32,000 nucleotides of DNA, taken from contig NZ_FNLK01000001.1 in NCBI RefSeq assembly GCF_900105015.1, forward strand, positions 12,448-44,447. Reading direction: 5' to 3'. Positions 1-8,199 of this stretch are shown piece by piece (positions within the stretch are counted from its first letter, which is position 1; each line of letters starts with the position of its first letter). Position numbers and translations under genes: made by a program. The notes beneath the pieces are model-generated. The model ran no database searches, was not told where the DNA came from, and was given only the letters and a program-made list of their open reading frames with translations. The DNA comes from Schaalia meyeri. Its GTDB lineage: Bacteria; Actinomycetota; Actinomycetes; Actinomycetales; Actinomycetaceae.

Positions 1-54
1 GCCCCTCTGCGGGTGGCATCTGCCTGCGCGAGGGGGGCGGGCCGGTTGGCCGTT

Positions 55-370
55 TCAGACCCCGAGCAGCAGCTCGAGACTATACATCTCGAGCCCCTCG
101 TAGTCGTCCTCGGCGATGAGTGCGTCGATAACAGAGGTCGAAGAGGGCTGCCTTGTCCTCCTTCAGCCGCACGACGCGCGGGGAGTTCTCCAGGTGTTTG
201 AAGCCGAAGCTATCGCCTGTCGAGCGCATCGCCGTGACGCCGATCTTTGCGAAGCTCGACCTTCCGCGCACGGTGAGCGGCTGCCCGATCTGCGGCCCGC
301 AGATGTCGGCCCCCGCGGCGATATTCCACGGCCCGATCGTGTACTTGACCTGGTCATCTGTATCGTGTCC
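55..370 (-). pseudogene. Degraded gene remnant of unknown function: two coding-like frame segments joined by a frameshift, with no usable start
   Basis: The minus-strand frame of listed ORF 80..271 stays open upstream, without a start codon, to a TGA at ~371-373. It reads ..DDQVKYTIGPWNIAAGADICGPQIGQPLTVRGRSSFAKIGVTAMRSTGDSFGFKHLENSPRVVRLKEDKAALFDL. Near ~130 the protein-like signal moves to another frame (SVIDALIAEDDYEGLEMYSLELLLGV, stop ~55-57). Both segments are strongly G/C at codon position 3, like the real genes here. Family not recognised. Confidence 0.3.
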
Positions 371-421
371 TCACTCCGCCGCCCGGGAACGCGGCGCTGC
401 GTACCCATCGGGGCGTGACGG

Positions 422-449
422 TTGACGGTTGAAACGAACACTGAATAAT
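422..449 (+). promoter_or_regulatory. Candidate sigma70-type promoter for the ROK regulator gene
   Basis: TTGACG (422-427), 16-nt spacer, GATAAT (444-449), in the only AT-rich stretch upstream of the ATG at 536. The -35 sits in a tandem GTGACGG/TTGACGG repeat. Confidence 0.35.
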
Positions 450-535
450 GTTCTACGCCGAAACTATAACAGCAACAAAGACCGTGTCAACTGATTTCCG
501 CACAATCATATTGTTTGTAGACTAATCTTGTTGCC

Positions 536-1816
536 ATGGCATCCCTGCGATCCCCCCTCGCCTACGGATTCGCCGGCGGTGGAGCCGTCGGCCAGGCCAA
601 CGTGCGCCAGCAGAACCTGGCGCTGCTCAGCCGCGCCATCTACGCCGCCGACGCGCCGCCCACCCGCGCCGCCCTCACCTCGTCGACCGGACTCGGGCGA
701 GCGACCGTCTCCCGTCTCATCCAGGAGCTCCTCGACTCCGGCTTTGCCCACGAGCAGGATCCCGGCGGCGCCACCGGCCGGGGGCGCCCGGGCACGCCGA
801 TCGCGCCGGCCACCCGGACGATTGCGGCTCTGGGGCTTGAGGCCAACGTCCACTTCGTCGCAGGCAGGGCGCTCGACCTCGCGGGGAATACCCTGGCGGA
901 GTTTCGCCTCGACAGCGCCGATACGGAGTCTGATCCAGCGAGGACCCTGCGCCTGCTCGGCAGGTCCGCGGCCGCGATGGCGACGAACCTGCGCGCGACC
1001 GGCACGGAGGTCATTGGCGCGCGCCTGGCCATACCCGGCCTGCTTAACGCCGCCGACCAGCGCCTCGTGGTGGCCCCCAACCTGGGCTGGTCGGACCTTC
1101 ACCCCGTGGCCCTGCTCGGCGAGGAGTGGACGGTGTTGGGGGTGCCCACCCTCACCTGCAACGATGGCGACCTCCAGGGCCTCACTGCCGCCTACCAGCG
1201 CCCCGGCAAGCTGTTGGCCGACGGGGCCTTCTTGTACGTCTTCGGCGATGTGGGGGTGGGCGGGGCCATCATGGATCGCGGCGCGCCCCTTAGGGGCACC
1301 CACGGCTGGGCCGGGGAGGTCGGGCACACCACGGTCCACGCCGACGGGCCGACGTGCAAATGCGGATCGCGCGGCTGCCTCGAGGCCTATGCGGGTCAAA
1401 ACGCGCTGCGCCGCGCGGCCGGGCTGACCCCGGACGCACCCGTCGACGCCCTCACCGCGCGCCTGTCCGACGGCGACGAACGCGCGGCCAGGGCCGTCGA
1501 GGCGGCGGGCGAAGCGCTGGGGATCGTCATCGCGATAGCCGTGAATCTCCTGGACGTCCCCCGGATCGTGTTCGGCACGTCGCTGGGCGTCCTGCTGCCC
1601 TGGCTCACGCCGTCGATCACCCGCGAGCTGCGGGCCCGCGTCCTTGGCCACGCCCGCAGGGAGATCGCGCTCGAGGCCTGCCCCGTCACCGTGCTCCCCG
1701 CCTGCACCGGCGGCGCCCTGGAGGTCCTCAACGCCGCGATCGCCCAGCCCGCCGCTTGGATCCACCGGCACGAGGCCGCGCAGGCCCCGGAAAACACCCA
1801 GCAGGAAACGGATTAG
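536..1816 (+). CDS. ROK-family transcriptional regulator (NagC/XylR-like)
   Basis: 426 aa. N-terminal winged-HTH segment (RAALTSSTGLGRATVSRLIQELLDSGF). Sugar-kinase-like core (FGDVGVGGAI). ROK zinc motif (GHTTVHADGPTCKCGSRGCLEAY). Strong GC3 bias. Confidence 0.9.
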   Translation: MASLRSPLAYGFAGGGAVGQANVRQQNLALLSRAIYAADAPPTRAALTSSTGLGRATVSRLIQELLDSGFAHEQDPGGATGRGRPGTPIAPATRTIAALGLEANVHFVAGRALDLAGNTLAEFRLDSADTESDPARTLRLLGRSAAAMATNLRATGTEVIGARLAIPGLLNAADQRLVVAPNLGWSDLHPVALLGEEWTVLGVPTLTCNDGDLQGLTAAYQRPGKLLADGAFLYVFGDVGVGGAIMDRGAPLRGTHGWAGEVGHTTVHADGPTCKCGSRGCLEAYAGQNALRRAAGLTPDAPVDALTARLSDGDERAARAVEAAGEALGIVIAIAVNLLDVPRIVFGTSLGVLLPWLTPSITRELRARVLGHARREIALEACPVTVLPACTGGALEVLNAAIAQPAAWIHRHEAAQAPENTQQETD

Positions 1817-1965
1817 GAAAATCCCTGCCTCATTCGCCATTTACGCTCTACAACCGAACATAAATCCCGAAGCGGGAAGTGCGCGCTCTCTCAAGGCCCC
1901 GGGCGGCCCGCTCTCCTCTCACTTCGCGCGGAGATTGAGGGACTAAAACGCCCCTCCCCGCAACC

Positions 1966-2008
1966 ATGTCAATAATATGTTGAAGCAACTTCAACATATT
2001 ATTGACAT
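1966..2008. repeat. Perfect 20-bp/20-bp inverted repeat with a 3-nt centre (ATGTCAATAATATGTTGAAG caa CTTCAACATATTATTGACAT); candidate operator or hairpin
   Basis: Read directly from the sequence. The arms are AT-rich in a GC-rich background. An outer 7-bp complement (CTCCCCG 1954-1960 / CGGGGAG 2010-2016) extends the structure to ~63 nt. The right arm contains TTGACA. Confidence 0.85.
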
Positions 2009-2031
2009 ACGGGGAGTATCACATGTATTCT
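2002..2031 (+). promoter_or_regulatory. Candidate promoter of the yheO-like/patB-like/nhaC unit, overlapping the palindrome
   Basis: TTGACA (2002-2007), 18-nt spacer, TATTCT (2026-2031), ~50 nt upstream of the ATG at 2080. Confidence 0.3.
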
Positions 2032-2079
2032 CAGTGCCACTGATCGGCAACGACGTCAATCCTGCACCGAAAGCACACC

Positions 2080-2802
2080 ATGGCTACACCGCACGAAACC
2101 GCACAACAGCGGCCGGACGAGCATGAGCGCCTGCTCTCGCTCCTCGTTCAGCTGGCCAGGCCTCTCCAGGCCAGCATCCCCGGCCAATCGGAGGTCGTCA
2201 TCCACTACCTCCCTCAGCTGCCCAACTCGATCGTCGCCATCGAAGGCGACGTCACGGGCAGGCGCGTCGGAGACCCCGCAACGAACACACTGCTGGAAGC
2301 AGCCGCTCAGGGGCAACTGAAAACGAACATCGGGTACACGACACGCGCGCCGGACGACCGCACGCTCAGCTCGTCGACGGTGATCGTCACGGACTCCTCG
2401 GGCGAAGGCGTGGCCGCACTGTGCATCAACCGTGACGTGACCAAGCTGCTTAATGCCCAAGAGATCATCCGAGAACTGCTGCCGGAGGGGGAGGAAACCC
2501 CGGCCTCGTCGAGCAGCGTTCCGCCAGCGCAGGCGCGCGAAAACACCGACGAACGCTTTGTGCGTGACGTTGACGAGCTGACGCAGCTCCTCCTGCACGA
2601 GGCCGTCACCGAGCAGGGCGCCGACCCGCAGAAACTGACGCGGGAGCAGCGTGTAGCGGCGGTCGTCTCCCTAAAAGACAGGGGCTTTTTCCTCCTGCGT
2701 GACGCGGCCGAACAGGCGGCGTCGGCCCTTGGAGTCTCGCGTTTTACCATCTACAACTACCTCAACGAGAGCGTTGATGAGGAGGATGAATCACATGTTT
2801 GA
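2080..2802 (+). CDS. YheO/DauR-like transcriptional regulator (PAS-like sensor domain plus C-terminal HTH)
   Basis: 240 aa. N-terminal segment typical of YheO-like PAS_6 domains (LVQLARPLQASIPGQSEVVIHYL...IVAIEGDVTGRRVGDPATN...VIVTDSSGEGVAALCINRDVT). C-terminal HTH (AAEQAASALGVSRFTIYNYLN). The 3' end overlaps the next gene by 8 nt. Confidence 0.7.
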   Translation: MATPHETAQQRPDEHERLLSLLVQLARPLQASIPGQSEVVIHYLPQLPNSIVAIEGDVTGRRVGDPATNTLLEAAAQGQLKTNIGYTTRAPDDRTLSSSTVIVTDSSGEGVAALCINRDVTKLLNAQEIIRELLPEGEETPASSSSVPPAQARENTDERFVRDVDELTQLLLHEAVTEQGADPQKLTREQRVAAVVSLKDRGFFLLRDAAEQAASALGVSRFTIYNYLNESVDEEDESHV

Positions 2803-3976
2803 TGAGTCGATCAGCCGCTGGGGTACGCACAGCGCCAAGTGGGATTTGCTGGCCGCTCACCTCGGGGAGGATGCCCTGTCGCTGTCCGTGGCGGACATGG
2901 AGTTCGCGACGTGTCCCGCGGTGTCGCGCGCGATCAGCGACGCGTGCGCGGCGGGTATCTTCGGCTACACTGAGGTTTTCGACGATTTCCGCCAGGCCGC
3001 GCGGGGGTGGCAGGAGCGCCGCCACGGGTGGCGCCCCGAGACGTCGGACGTGCATTTCTTCCCTCGCATCGTCCAATGCGTGTCCGCCCTGTGTTCGATA
3101 GTCCTGCCCGAGGCGTTGGGCAGGCCGCCCAGGGTCGTCACCCTGGACCCGGCGTACGGTCCCATCCTCGAGGTCGTGGAGCGCGCCGGGTGCGAGCTGC
3201 GCAGGGTGCCCCTTACCCTCTCCGGCGACACACCCAGCATCCCCGAGGCCTCGTTCGCTGCGGCCATGCGGGACGCGGACCTGCTGCTGTGGTGCAGCCC
3301 CCACAACCCGACGGGCCGCGTGTGGACCCCGGAGGAGCTCGACCTGGTTGCCTCGCTCGCGCTCACGTACGACGTCCTGGTTCTCTCCGACGACATTCAC
3401 GCCGATTTCCAGCGCCCCGGGCGGGGCCGGTACATTCCGCTCGCCACCCGTTCGCCGCAGCTGTGGGACTCGGGCCGCCTCATTCAGTGCGCGTCCCCGG
3501 GAAAGACGTTTAACACCGCCGGGCTAGAGGCCTCGGCGATCATCGTGCGCGGGCAGCTCGGGGCGCAACTGGAGGAAGCGAAGCGCCTCATGGGGCTGCA
3601 CAACCCGAATTTCTTCGCGATTCCGGCGACGATCGCCGCGTGGAGCAAGGGCGACGAATGGGTGGATCGGCTGTGCCAGCGGATCGATGCCAACCTGGAC
3701 GTCGCGGCCGCGCGCCTGCGGGCACGCCTCCCCCGCGCGCGCGTCATCGACCCCGATGGGACGTTCCTGGTGTGGGTGGATGCGCGCCCCTACCTCGGCT
3801 CGTCCGCCCTCCTTGACCAGGCCGTGGCGCGCGCCAGGGTCGCCGTTTCCCCGGGGGAGGACTTCGGAAAGGAATACGGAGGATTTTTCCGTATCAACGT
3901 GGCGCTCCCGGAGCGGGATCTGGAGCGCGCGCTGGACCGTCTGTGCCAGGCTATCCTCGCGCTCTCAACTCACTAA
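2795..3976 (+). CDS. PLP-dependent C-S lyase / cystathionine beta-lyase of the PatB/MalY type (class I/II aminotransferase fold)
   Basis: Start moved from 2699 to ATG 2795, with GAGGAGGA 8 nt upstream. The N-terminus MFDESISRWGTHSAKWD is typical of MalY/PatB. PLP-lysine context SPGKTFNTAGL. Also PHNPTGRVW and a C-terminal FRINVA. Confidence 0.85.
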   Translation: MFDESISRWGTHSAKWDLLAAHLGEDALSLSVADMEFATCPAVSRAISDACAAGIFGYTEVFDDFRQAARGWQERRHGWRPETSDVHFFPRIVQCVSALCSIVLPEALGRPPRVVTLDPAYGPILEVVERAGCELRRVPLTLSGDTPSIPEASFAAAMRDADLLLWCSPHNPTGRVWTPEELDLVASLALTYDVLVLSDDIHADFQRPGRGRYIPLATRSPQLWDSGRLIQCASPGKTFNTAGLEASAIIVRGQLGAQLEEAKRLMGLHNPNFFAIPATIAAWSKGDEWVDRLCQRIDANLDVAAARLRARLPRARVIDPDGTFLVWVDARPYLGSSALLDQAVARARVAVSPGEDFGKEYGGFFRINVALPERDLERALDRLCQAILALSTH

Positions 3977-4024
3977 ACCGTCTCGCGCGCCGCCGCGCGA
4001 ACACAACCATCGAAAGGAACGTAG

Positions 4025-5476
4025 ATGTCAGACACCACAACGGAGAAGCGGACTCGCCGCACTCCGTCCCTCCTCATCGCAGCGATACCTGCGGTCACAC
4101 TGATCGTCCTGCTGGGGGGCGGCTATATCGCGGCGAGCCTGCCGGTCGAGCCGCTCCTCATCGCCTCGGCCGTCGTCGCTGGGATTGTCGCGATTTCCCT
4201 GGGCTACACGTGGGATGAGATCATCGAGGCGATCGCCGAGAAGATCGCGAAGACCATGCCGGCGATCCTCATCCTGATCGTCGTCGGCGCACTGATCGGC
4301 ACGTGGATGGCGGGCGGGACGATCCCCATGCTCATCTACTACGGTCTCAAGATCATTAACCCGCAGTTCCTGGCGCTGATCGCCCTGGTGGTGACGGCCA
4401 TCGTCTCGCTGTGTACGGGCACCTCGTGGGGATCCGCGGGCACGATCGGCGTGGCCTTCATGGGCGTCGCGGTCGGCGTGGGTGCGAACCTGCCGATGGT
4501 CGCGGGCGCGATCGTCGCGGGCGCCTATTTCGGCGACAAGCTCTCTCCCCTGTCGGACACGACGAACATCGCGTCGCTGGCGACGGGCGTCAACCTGTTT
4601 ACGCACATTCGTCACCTGCTGTGGACGACGGTGCCCGCGTTCCTCACCTCCGCGGTCGTGTACCTGATTTTCGGCCTCCAGTCCTCGGGTGGCACGGTCC
4701 CCGAGAAGGTAGAGACGATCCTGGCCACTTTGGATTCCGCGTTCAACTGGAACCTGCTCCTGCTGGTTCCCGTCATCGTCGTCCTGGCCGGGTCCATCAT
4801 GAAGCTGCCGACGGTGCCCGTCATGCTCGTGTCGTGCGTGACCGCGATGTTCAACGCGATTGTCTTCCAGCACGTGTCGTTTAAGGATTCCGTCGTGGCG
4901 TCGGTGACCGGTTTCAAGGTCACCATGGTGGGCAAGGCTGGATTCGCGGCGGATTCGGTCATCAAGGACGTCACTCGCCTGCTGGAGCGCGGCGGCATGA
5001 ACTCGATGATGAGCGTCCTGCTGATCTGTTTCTGCGCGATCGCATTCGCGGGCGCGGTGTCCGTGTCGGGTTCGCTGGACGTGCTGATCTCGCGTCTGCT
5101 CGCGCCCGTGAAGTCCACGTTCGCCCTGATCGCGTCCACGATCATCACGGGCCTGGCCGTCATCGGCATCACCTCCAACGGCCAGGTGTCCCTGCTGATC
5201 CCGGGCGAGATGTTGCGCGGCGAATACGTGAAGCGGGGCTTGCACCCGAAGAACCTGTCTCGAACCATCGAGGACGCGGCGACCGTGTGGGAGCCGATCT
5301 TGCCGTGGACGTCGGCGGGCGCCTACATGGCGGGGACACTGGGCGTCGCCACCCTGTCGTACATGCCGTGGGCGATCTCCAACTGGATCGCTATCCTCTT
5401 CGCTCTCCTGTGGGGGGCGACCGGCATCGGCATCGCGAAGCTGACGCCGCAGGAACAGGAGGAACTCGAAGCCTGA
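4025..5476 (+). CDS. NhaC-superfamily membrane transporter (Na+/H+ antiporter family; substrate unknown)
   Basis: 483 aa, polytopic and hydrophobic. Conserved NhaC-family blocks: GALIGTWMAGGTIP, CTGTSWGSAGTIGVAFMGV, GAYFGDKLSPLSDTTN. Confidence 0.85.
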   Translation: MSDTTTEKRTRRTPSLLIAAIPAVTLIVLLGGGYIAASLPVEPLLIASAVVAGIVAISLGYTWDEIIEAIAEKIAKTMPAILILIVVGALIGTWMAGGTIPMLIYYGLKIINPQFLALIALVVTAIVSLCTGTSWGSAGTIGVAFMGVAVGVGANLPMVAGAIVAGAYFGDKLSPLSDTTNIASLATGVNLFTHIRHLLWTTVPAFLTSAVVYLIFGLQSSGGTVPEKVETILATLDSAFNWNLLLLVPVIVVLAGSIMKLPTVPVMLVSCVTAMFNAIVFQHVSFKDSVVASVTGFKVTMVGKAGFAADSVIKDVTRLLERGGMNSMMSVLLICFCAIAFAGAVSVSGSLDVLISRLLAPVKSTFALIASTIITGLAVIGITSNGQVSLLIPGEMLRGEYVKRGLHPKNLSRTIEDAATVWEPILPWTSAGAYMAGTLGVATLSYMPWAISNWIAILFALLWGATGIGIAKLTPQEQEELEA

Positions 5477-5488
5477 TCTTTGCGTAAA

Positions 5489-5528
5489 GTTGGGGGGCGC
5501 CCTAAAGGGCGCCCCCCAACTCGTTTTT
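5489..5528 (+). terminator. Rho-independent terminator after the NhaC-family gene
   Basis: Perfect 14-bp GC stem GTTGGGGGGCGCCC / GGGCGCCCCCCAAC with a TAAA loop, followed by TCGTTTTT. Confidence 0.8.
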
Positions 5529-5603
5529 CGCAACGTTGTGGCCCGAGCACTTTTACGACTGTCTCCGCAAACGAGCCGCCTCGTTTCGTCTTAGCTGCAC
5601 CCG

Positions 5604-5635
5604 CCCGCCCGGTGGGCCAACACCGACCGGGCGGG
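5604..5635 (-). terminator. Possible terminator hairpin after the dehydrogenase gene (no U-tract)
   Basis: 10-bp perfect stem CCCGCCCGGT / ACCGGGCGGG with a 12-nt loop, immediately 3' of the minus-strand stop at 5643. Confidence 0.35.
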
Positions 5636-5642
5636 GGCTGGC

Positions 5643-6677
5643 TCACGAGAGTTTCAACAGGACTTTGGATGATCCCGTCGAACGATCGGCGGCTGTTTCG
5701 AACGCACGAAGGGCGTCGTCGATGTCGAACGTGTGTGTCAACAGGGGTTCAACATCGAGGCCACCGGCCAAGGAGTCGACCGCATCGGTGATCTCGTCAA
5801 TGAAACGGAACGATCCGATGTACTCGAGTTCGCGCGTCACCAATTGACCAAGGGCAGCAGGTGATTCGGAGGCGGCCATGTTGCCGACTTGGATCACGCG
5901 ACCGCCCCTGACGACGGAGAGGAAGATATCGCCAAGGGCGCGGGAGGCCCCGCTCGCCTCGAATGCGAGATCGACCTCAGCGGGCAGAGGAGCGCCCTCG
6001 GAGCGGTTGATGGTCTCGTCCGCCCCCATGGCCTGGGCTATGCGAAGCGCAGACTCCGACATGTCCGCGGCGTAAATCGTTGCGGCGCCCGCGCGTTTGG
6101 CCGCGGCGACGACGAGCGCCCCGATAGGTCCCGTGCCGTTGACCAGGATCCTCTTTCCCGCAACGCTCCCCGCTCGATTGACGGCGTGCGTGGCCACCCC
6201 GAGCGGCTCGGCCACCGCGCCGTGCCGAGTGGACACGTTCGACGGTAACAATCGGATCTGGTCTTCGCGGGCCACCTTATACGTAGAAAACCCACCCTCT
6301 TCGTGGGGGCTGCACGCCGCTGAACCAAAGTAGCGGCATTCCGGCCACAGGTTGTCCCGGCCTTCGAGGTGTGGCGGCATCACGTGTTCACCGACGAGGG
6401 TCGCCGGGTGAACCGTCACCCGATCACCAACGTTGAGGGTCGTGACACCGGGACCAATCTGATCGATGGTGCCCGCGACCTCGTGGCCCAGCGTTAACGG
6501 GTATTTCAACACGGCGGTGCCCGAAACTCCGTGGCGCCAATACGCCAGGTCGGATCCGCAGATCCCACCCCATTCCATCTTGATGCGGACTTCACCGTGT
6601 CCGGCTTTCGGGTCGGGCACCTCGTCCACGCGAAGCTCGACGGCGCCACCGGTTTTATGAACTCGTACGGCTTGCAT
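5643..6677 (-). CDS. Zn-dependent medium-chain dehydrogenase, L-idonate 5-dehydrogenase / L-gulonate 5-dehydrogenase-like
   Basis: Start moved to ATG 6677 (MQAVRVHK...). This gives a TAATG stop/start overlap with the upstream MFS gene. MDR motifs: GGICGSDL, LGHEVAG, RYFGSA...EEGGF (as in IdnD-type enzymes). Rossmann motif VNGTGPIG. Confidence 0.8.
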   Translation of the reverse strand: MQAVRVHKTGGAVELRVDEVPDPKAGHGEVRIKMEWGGICGSDLAYWRHGVSGTAVLKYPLTLGHEVAGTIDQIGPGVTTLNVGDRVTVHPATLVGEHVMPPHLEGRDNLWPECRYFGSAACSPHEEGGFSTYKVAREDQIRLLPSNVSTRHGAVAEPLGVATHAVNRAGSVAGKRILVNGTGPIGALVVAAAKRAGAATIYAADMSESALRIAQAMGADETINRSEGAPLPAEVDLAFEASGASRALGDIFLSVVRGGRVIQVGNMAASESPAALGQLVTRELEYIGSFRFIDEITDAVDSLAGGLDVEPLLTHTFDIDDALRAFETAADRSTGSSKVLLKLS

Positions 6678-8140
6678 TACATTGCATCCTCTCGGATCGT
6701 GAGATCGCGTCCAGCGATCTCCGGCATAACTAGTGAGGCAATCAGGGTTGAGCCCGTGTAGAAGGCCATGAGAATCGCGAGAGCGATCCACGACTGGAAG
6801 TAGGTGACCAGTGCCGCGGCGATCAAGGGTCCGAATCCCGCTGTGATCAAGTTGGGGATTTCTTTCGACAGGGCGAGCTGCTCATACCTGTGGGCCGAGC
6901 CGAAGCACTCGGCCATCGTGATGTTCTCCAGCGAGAACAACGACAAAACGGTGATGTTGTGCAAAACGATGTACCCGATGAAGAACAGCAGCGTCGGGTT
7001 TGAATAGTGGGCCACGTTTCCGTTGGCCGTCGCTTCCATAATCGTGTCCGTACCGAGGTTGTTCAGCATGAGGAGGAAGGACGGGACGATCACGACGAGC
7101 CCGAGTAATGTCACGATCGTGTACATGCGCTTTCGGCCAATGTGGTCGCCAATCCAACCGATGAGCGGCACACTCACGAATCCGACGATGGAGGAGTAGA
7201 CGACCGTGTTCGTCGTCACGGACTTCGCGAGCAGGACGTTGGCCGTGAGGAATGTGATGAGGTATGTCTGCACCATGCCGGAGTTCCCGGACTGCCCAAA
7301 ACGGAGGACGGAGGCGATCAGGAAGGCCTTGATCGACCGTGGGGTCTTCGCGATCTCTTCCTGGACGGCGGTCCGGGTCGGGGTTTTGCTGGCGTCGCGC
7401 GACCCCGCGGACAGGGGCTGATCGTAGGCGGCTATTATCTCTTCGGTGGTCGCCTCGAAAACGGGAGTCTCTTTCAGGTGGAATCGGATATAGACGGCCA
7501 GGCCCATGACGACGATCGAGGCCAAGAACGGGATCCTCCACCCCCATGCGATCACGGCATCGGAGCCCACGAAATGAAGCAGGACCGCCCAGATCGCAGC
7601 AGCGCCCAGGGTGCCAGAATTCGTCCCGAGGGCGACCAGCGAGGAAATGATGCCGCGCCGTTTACGGGAGGCGTACTCGGCCAGCATCACCGAGGCGCCG
7701 GCGATTTCTGCGCCCGCGCCGAAGCCCTGCACGAGGCGGAGCAGTACGAGCAGGATCGGTGCGAGGATTCCGACTTGATCGAATGTGGGGAGGGCGCCGA
7801 TCAGGGTCGTCGCAATGCCCATCATCGCGATCGTGATGAACAGGACCTTGGTTCGACCGATGCGATCCCCCATGCGTCCGAAGTACCACGCACCGAGGGG
7901 TCGCGCGATATAGCCGACGCCGTAGACGGCCATTGCGGACATGATCTGAACCGCTTGTGAGCCGTGTCCAAAGAAAATGTCCTTGAAGACCAGGGCGGCC
8001 GCCAGGGAGTACAACTGGAAGTCCATGAACTCCAGTGCCGTCCCCAGCCAACCGCTCATAGCAGCCTTAACGAGGTCGCCGGTCGTCCGCGTGACTAACG
8101 GCTCGGCCCCGCGGGCGCCGACTTCAGGTGCTTTCGTCAT
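6677..8140 (-). CDS. MFS transporter, metabolite:H+ symporter (MHS)-like
   Basis: 487 aa. MFS signature ARPLGAWYFGRMGDRIGRTKVL after TM2. 12-TM-like hydrophobicity with a central hydrophilic loop. Confidence 0.85.
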   Translation of the reverse strand: MTKAPEVGARGAEPLVTRTTGDLVKAAMSGWLGTALEFMDFQLYSLAAALVFKDIFFGHGSQAVQIMSAMAVYGVGYIARPLGAWYFGRMGDRIGRTKVLFITIAMMGIATTLIGALPTFDQVGILAPILLVLLRLVQGFGAGAEIAGASVMLAEYASRKRRGIISSLVALGTNSGTLGAAAIWAVLLHFVGSDAVIAWGWRIPFLASIVVMGLAVYIRFHLKETPVFEATTEEIIAAYDQPLSAGSRDASKTPTRTAVQEEIAKTPRSIKAFLIASVLRFGQSGNSGMVQTYLITFLTANVLLAKSVTTNTVVYSSIVGFVSVPLIGWIGDHIGRKRMYTIVTLLGLVVIVPSFLLMLNNLGTDTIMEATANGNVAHYSNPTLLFFIGYIVLHNITVLSLFSLENITMAECFGSAHRYEQLALSKEIPNLITAGFGPLIAAALVTYFQSWIALAILMAFYTGSTLIASLVMPEIAGRDLTIREDAM

Positions 8141-8170
8141 TGAAATGCCTTTCTTATGCGTGTGTTAGTC

Positions 8171-8194
8171 CCGTGGCCCCCTTCGGGGACACGG
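8171..8194 (-). other. Intercistronic stem-loop between uxuA and the MFS gene
   Basis: CCGTGGCCCC cttc GGGGACACGG: a 10-bp stem with one mismatch, in the 59-nt spacer. No U-tract. Confidence 0.3.
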
Positions 8195-8199
8195 CGCTT

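Noticed and set aside
506-1840. Long antisense or alternative-frame ORFs throughout the window: for example 506..1840(-) 444 aa, 4028..5533(-) 501 aa, 12888..14096(-) 402 aa, 14225..15328(+), 15332..16345(+), 16597..18213(+) 538 aa, 18120..19082(+), 24826..25899(+), 28033..28959(-), 29962..31938(-) 658 aa
   Set aside because: Each lies opposite or out of frame to a gene with clear family motifs. Their translations are low-complexity R/G/A/P/D-rich strings, typical of stop-codon-poor non-coding frames in high-GC DNA. None shows a recognisable domain.
1880-1965. SAM-riboswitch-like strings (UCAAGGCCCCGG..., GAGGGACU, GCAACC) upstream of a methionine/cysteine-related gene set
   Set aside because: Only short core-like words are present. 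I could not build the P1 closing helix, and there is no GGUGC..A.UCC-type P3/P4 junction downstream of GCAACC. The spacing does not fit SAM-I or SAM-IV. The first downstream gene is a protein regulator. An Infernal/Rfam scan would settle it.
1968-1973. A leftward promoter using the TTGACA formed by the left palindrome arm on the minus strand
   Set aside because: It is only a symmetry consequence of the palindrome. The best -10 candidate (TTTTAG) is poor, and there is no minus-strand gene to the left, since the ROK gene is on the plus strand.
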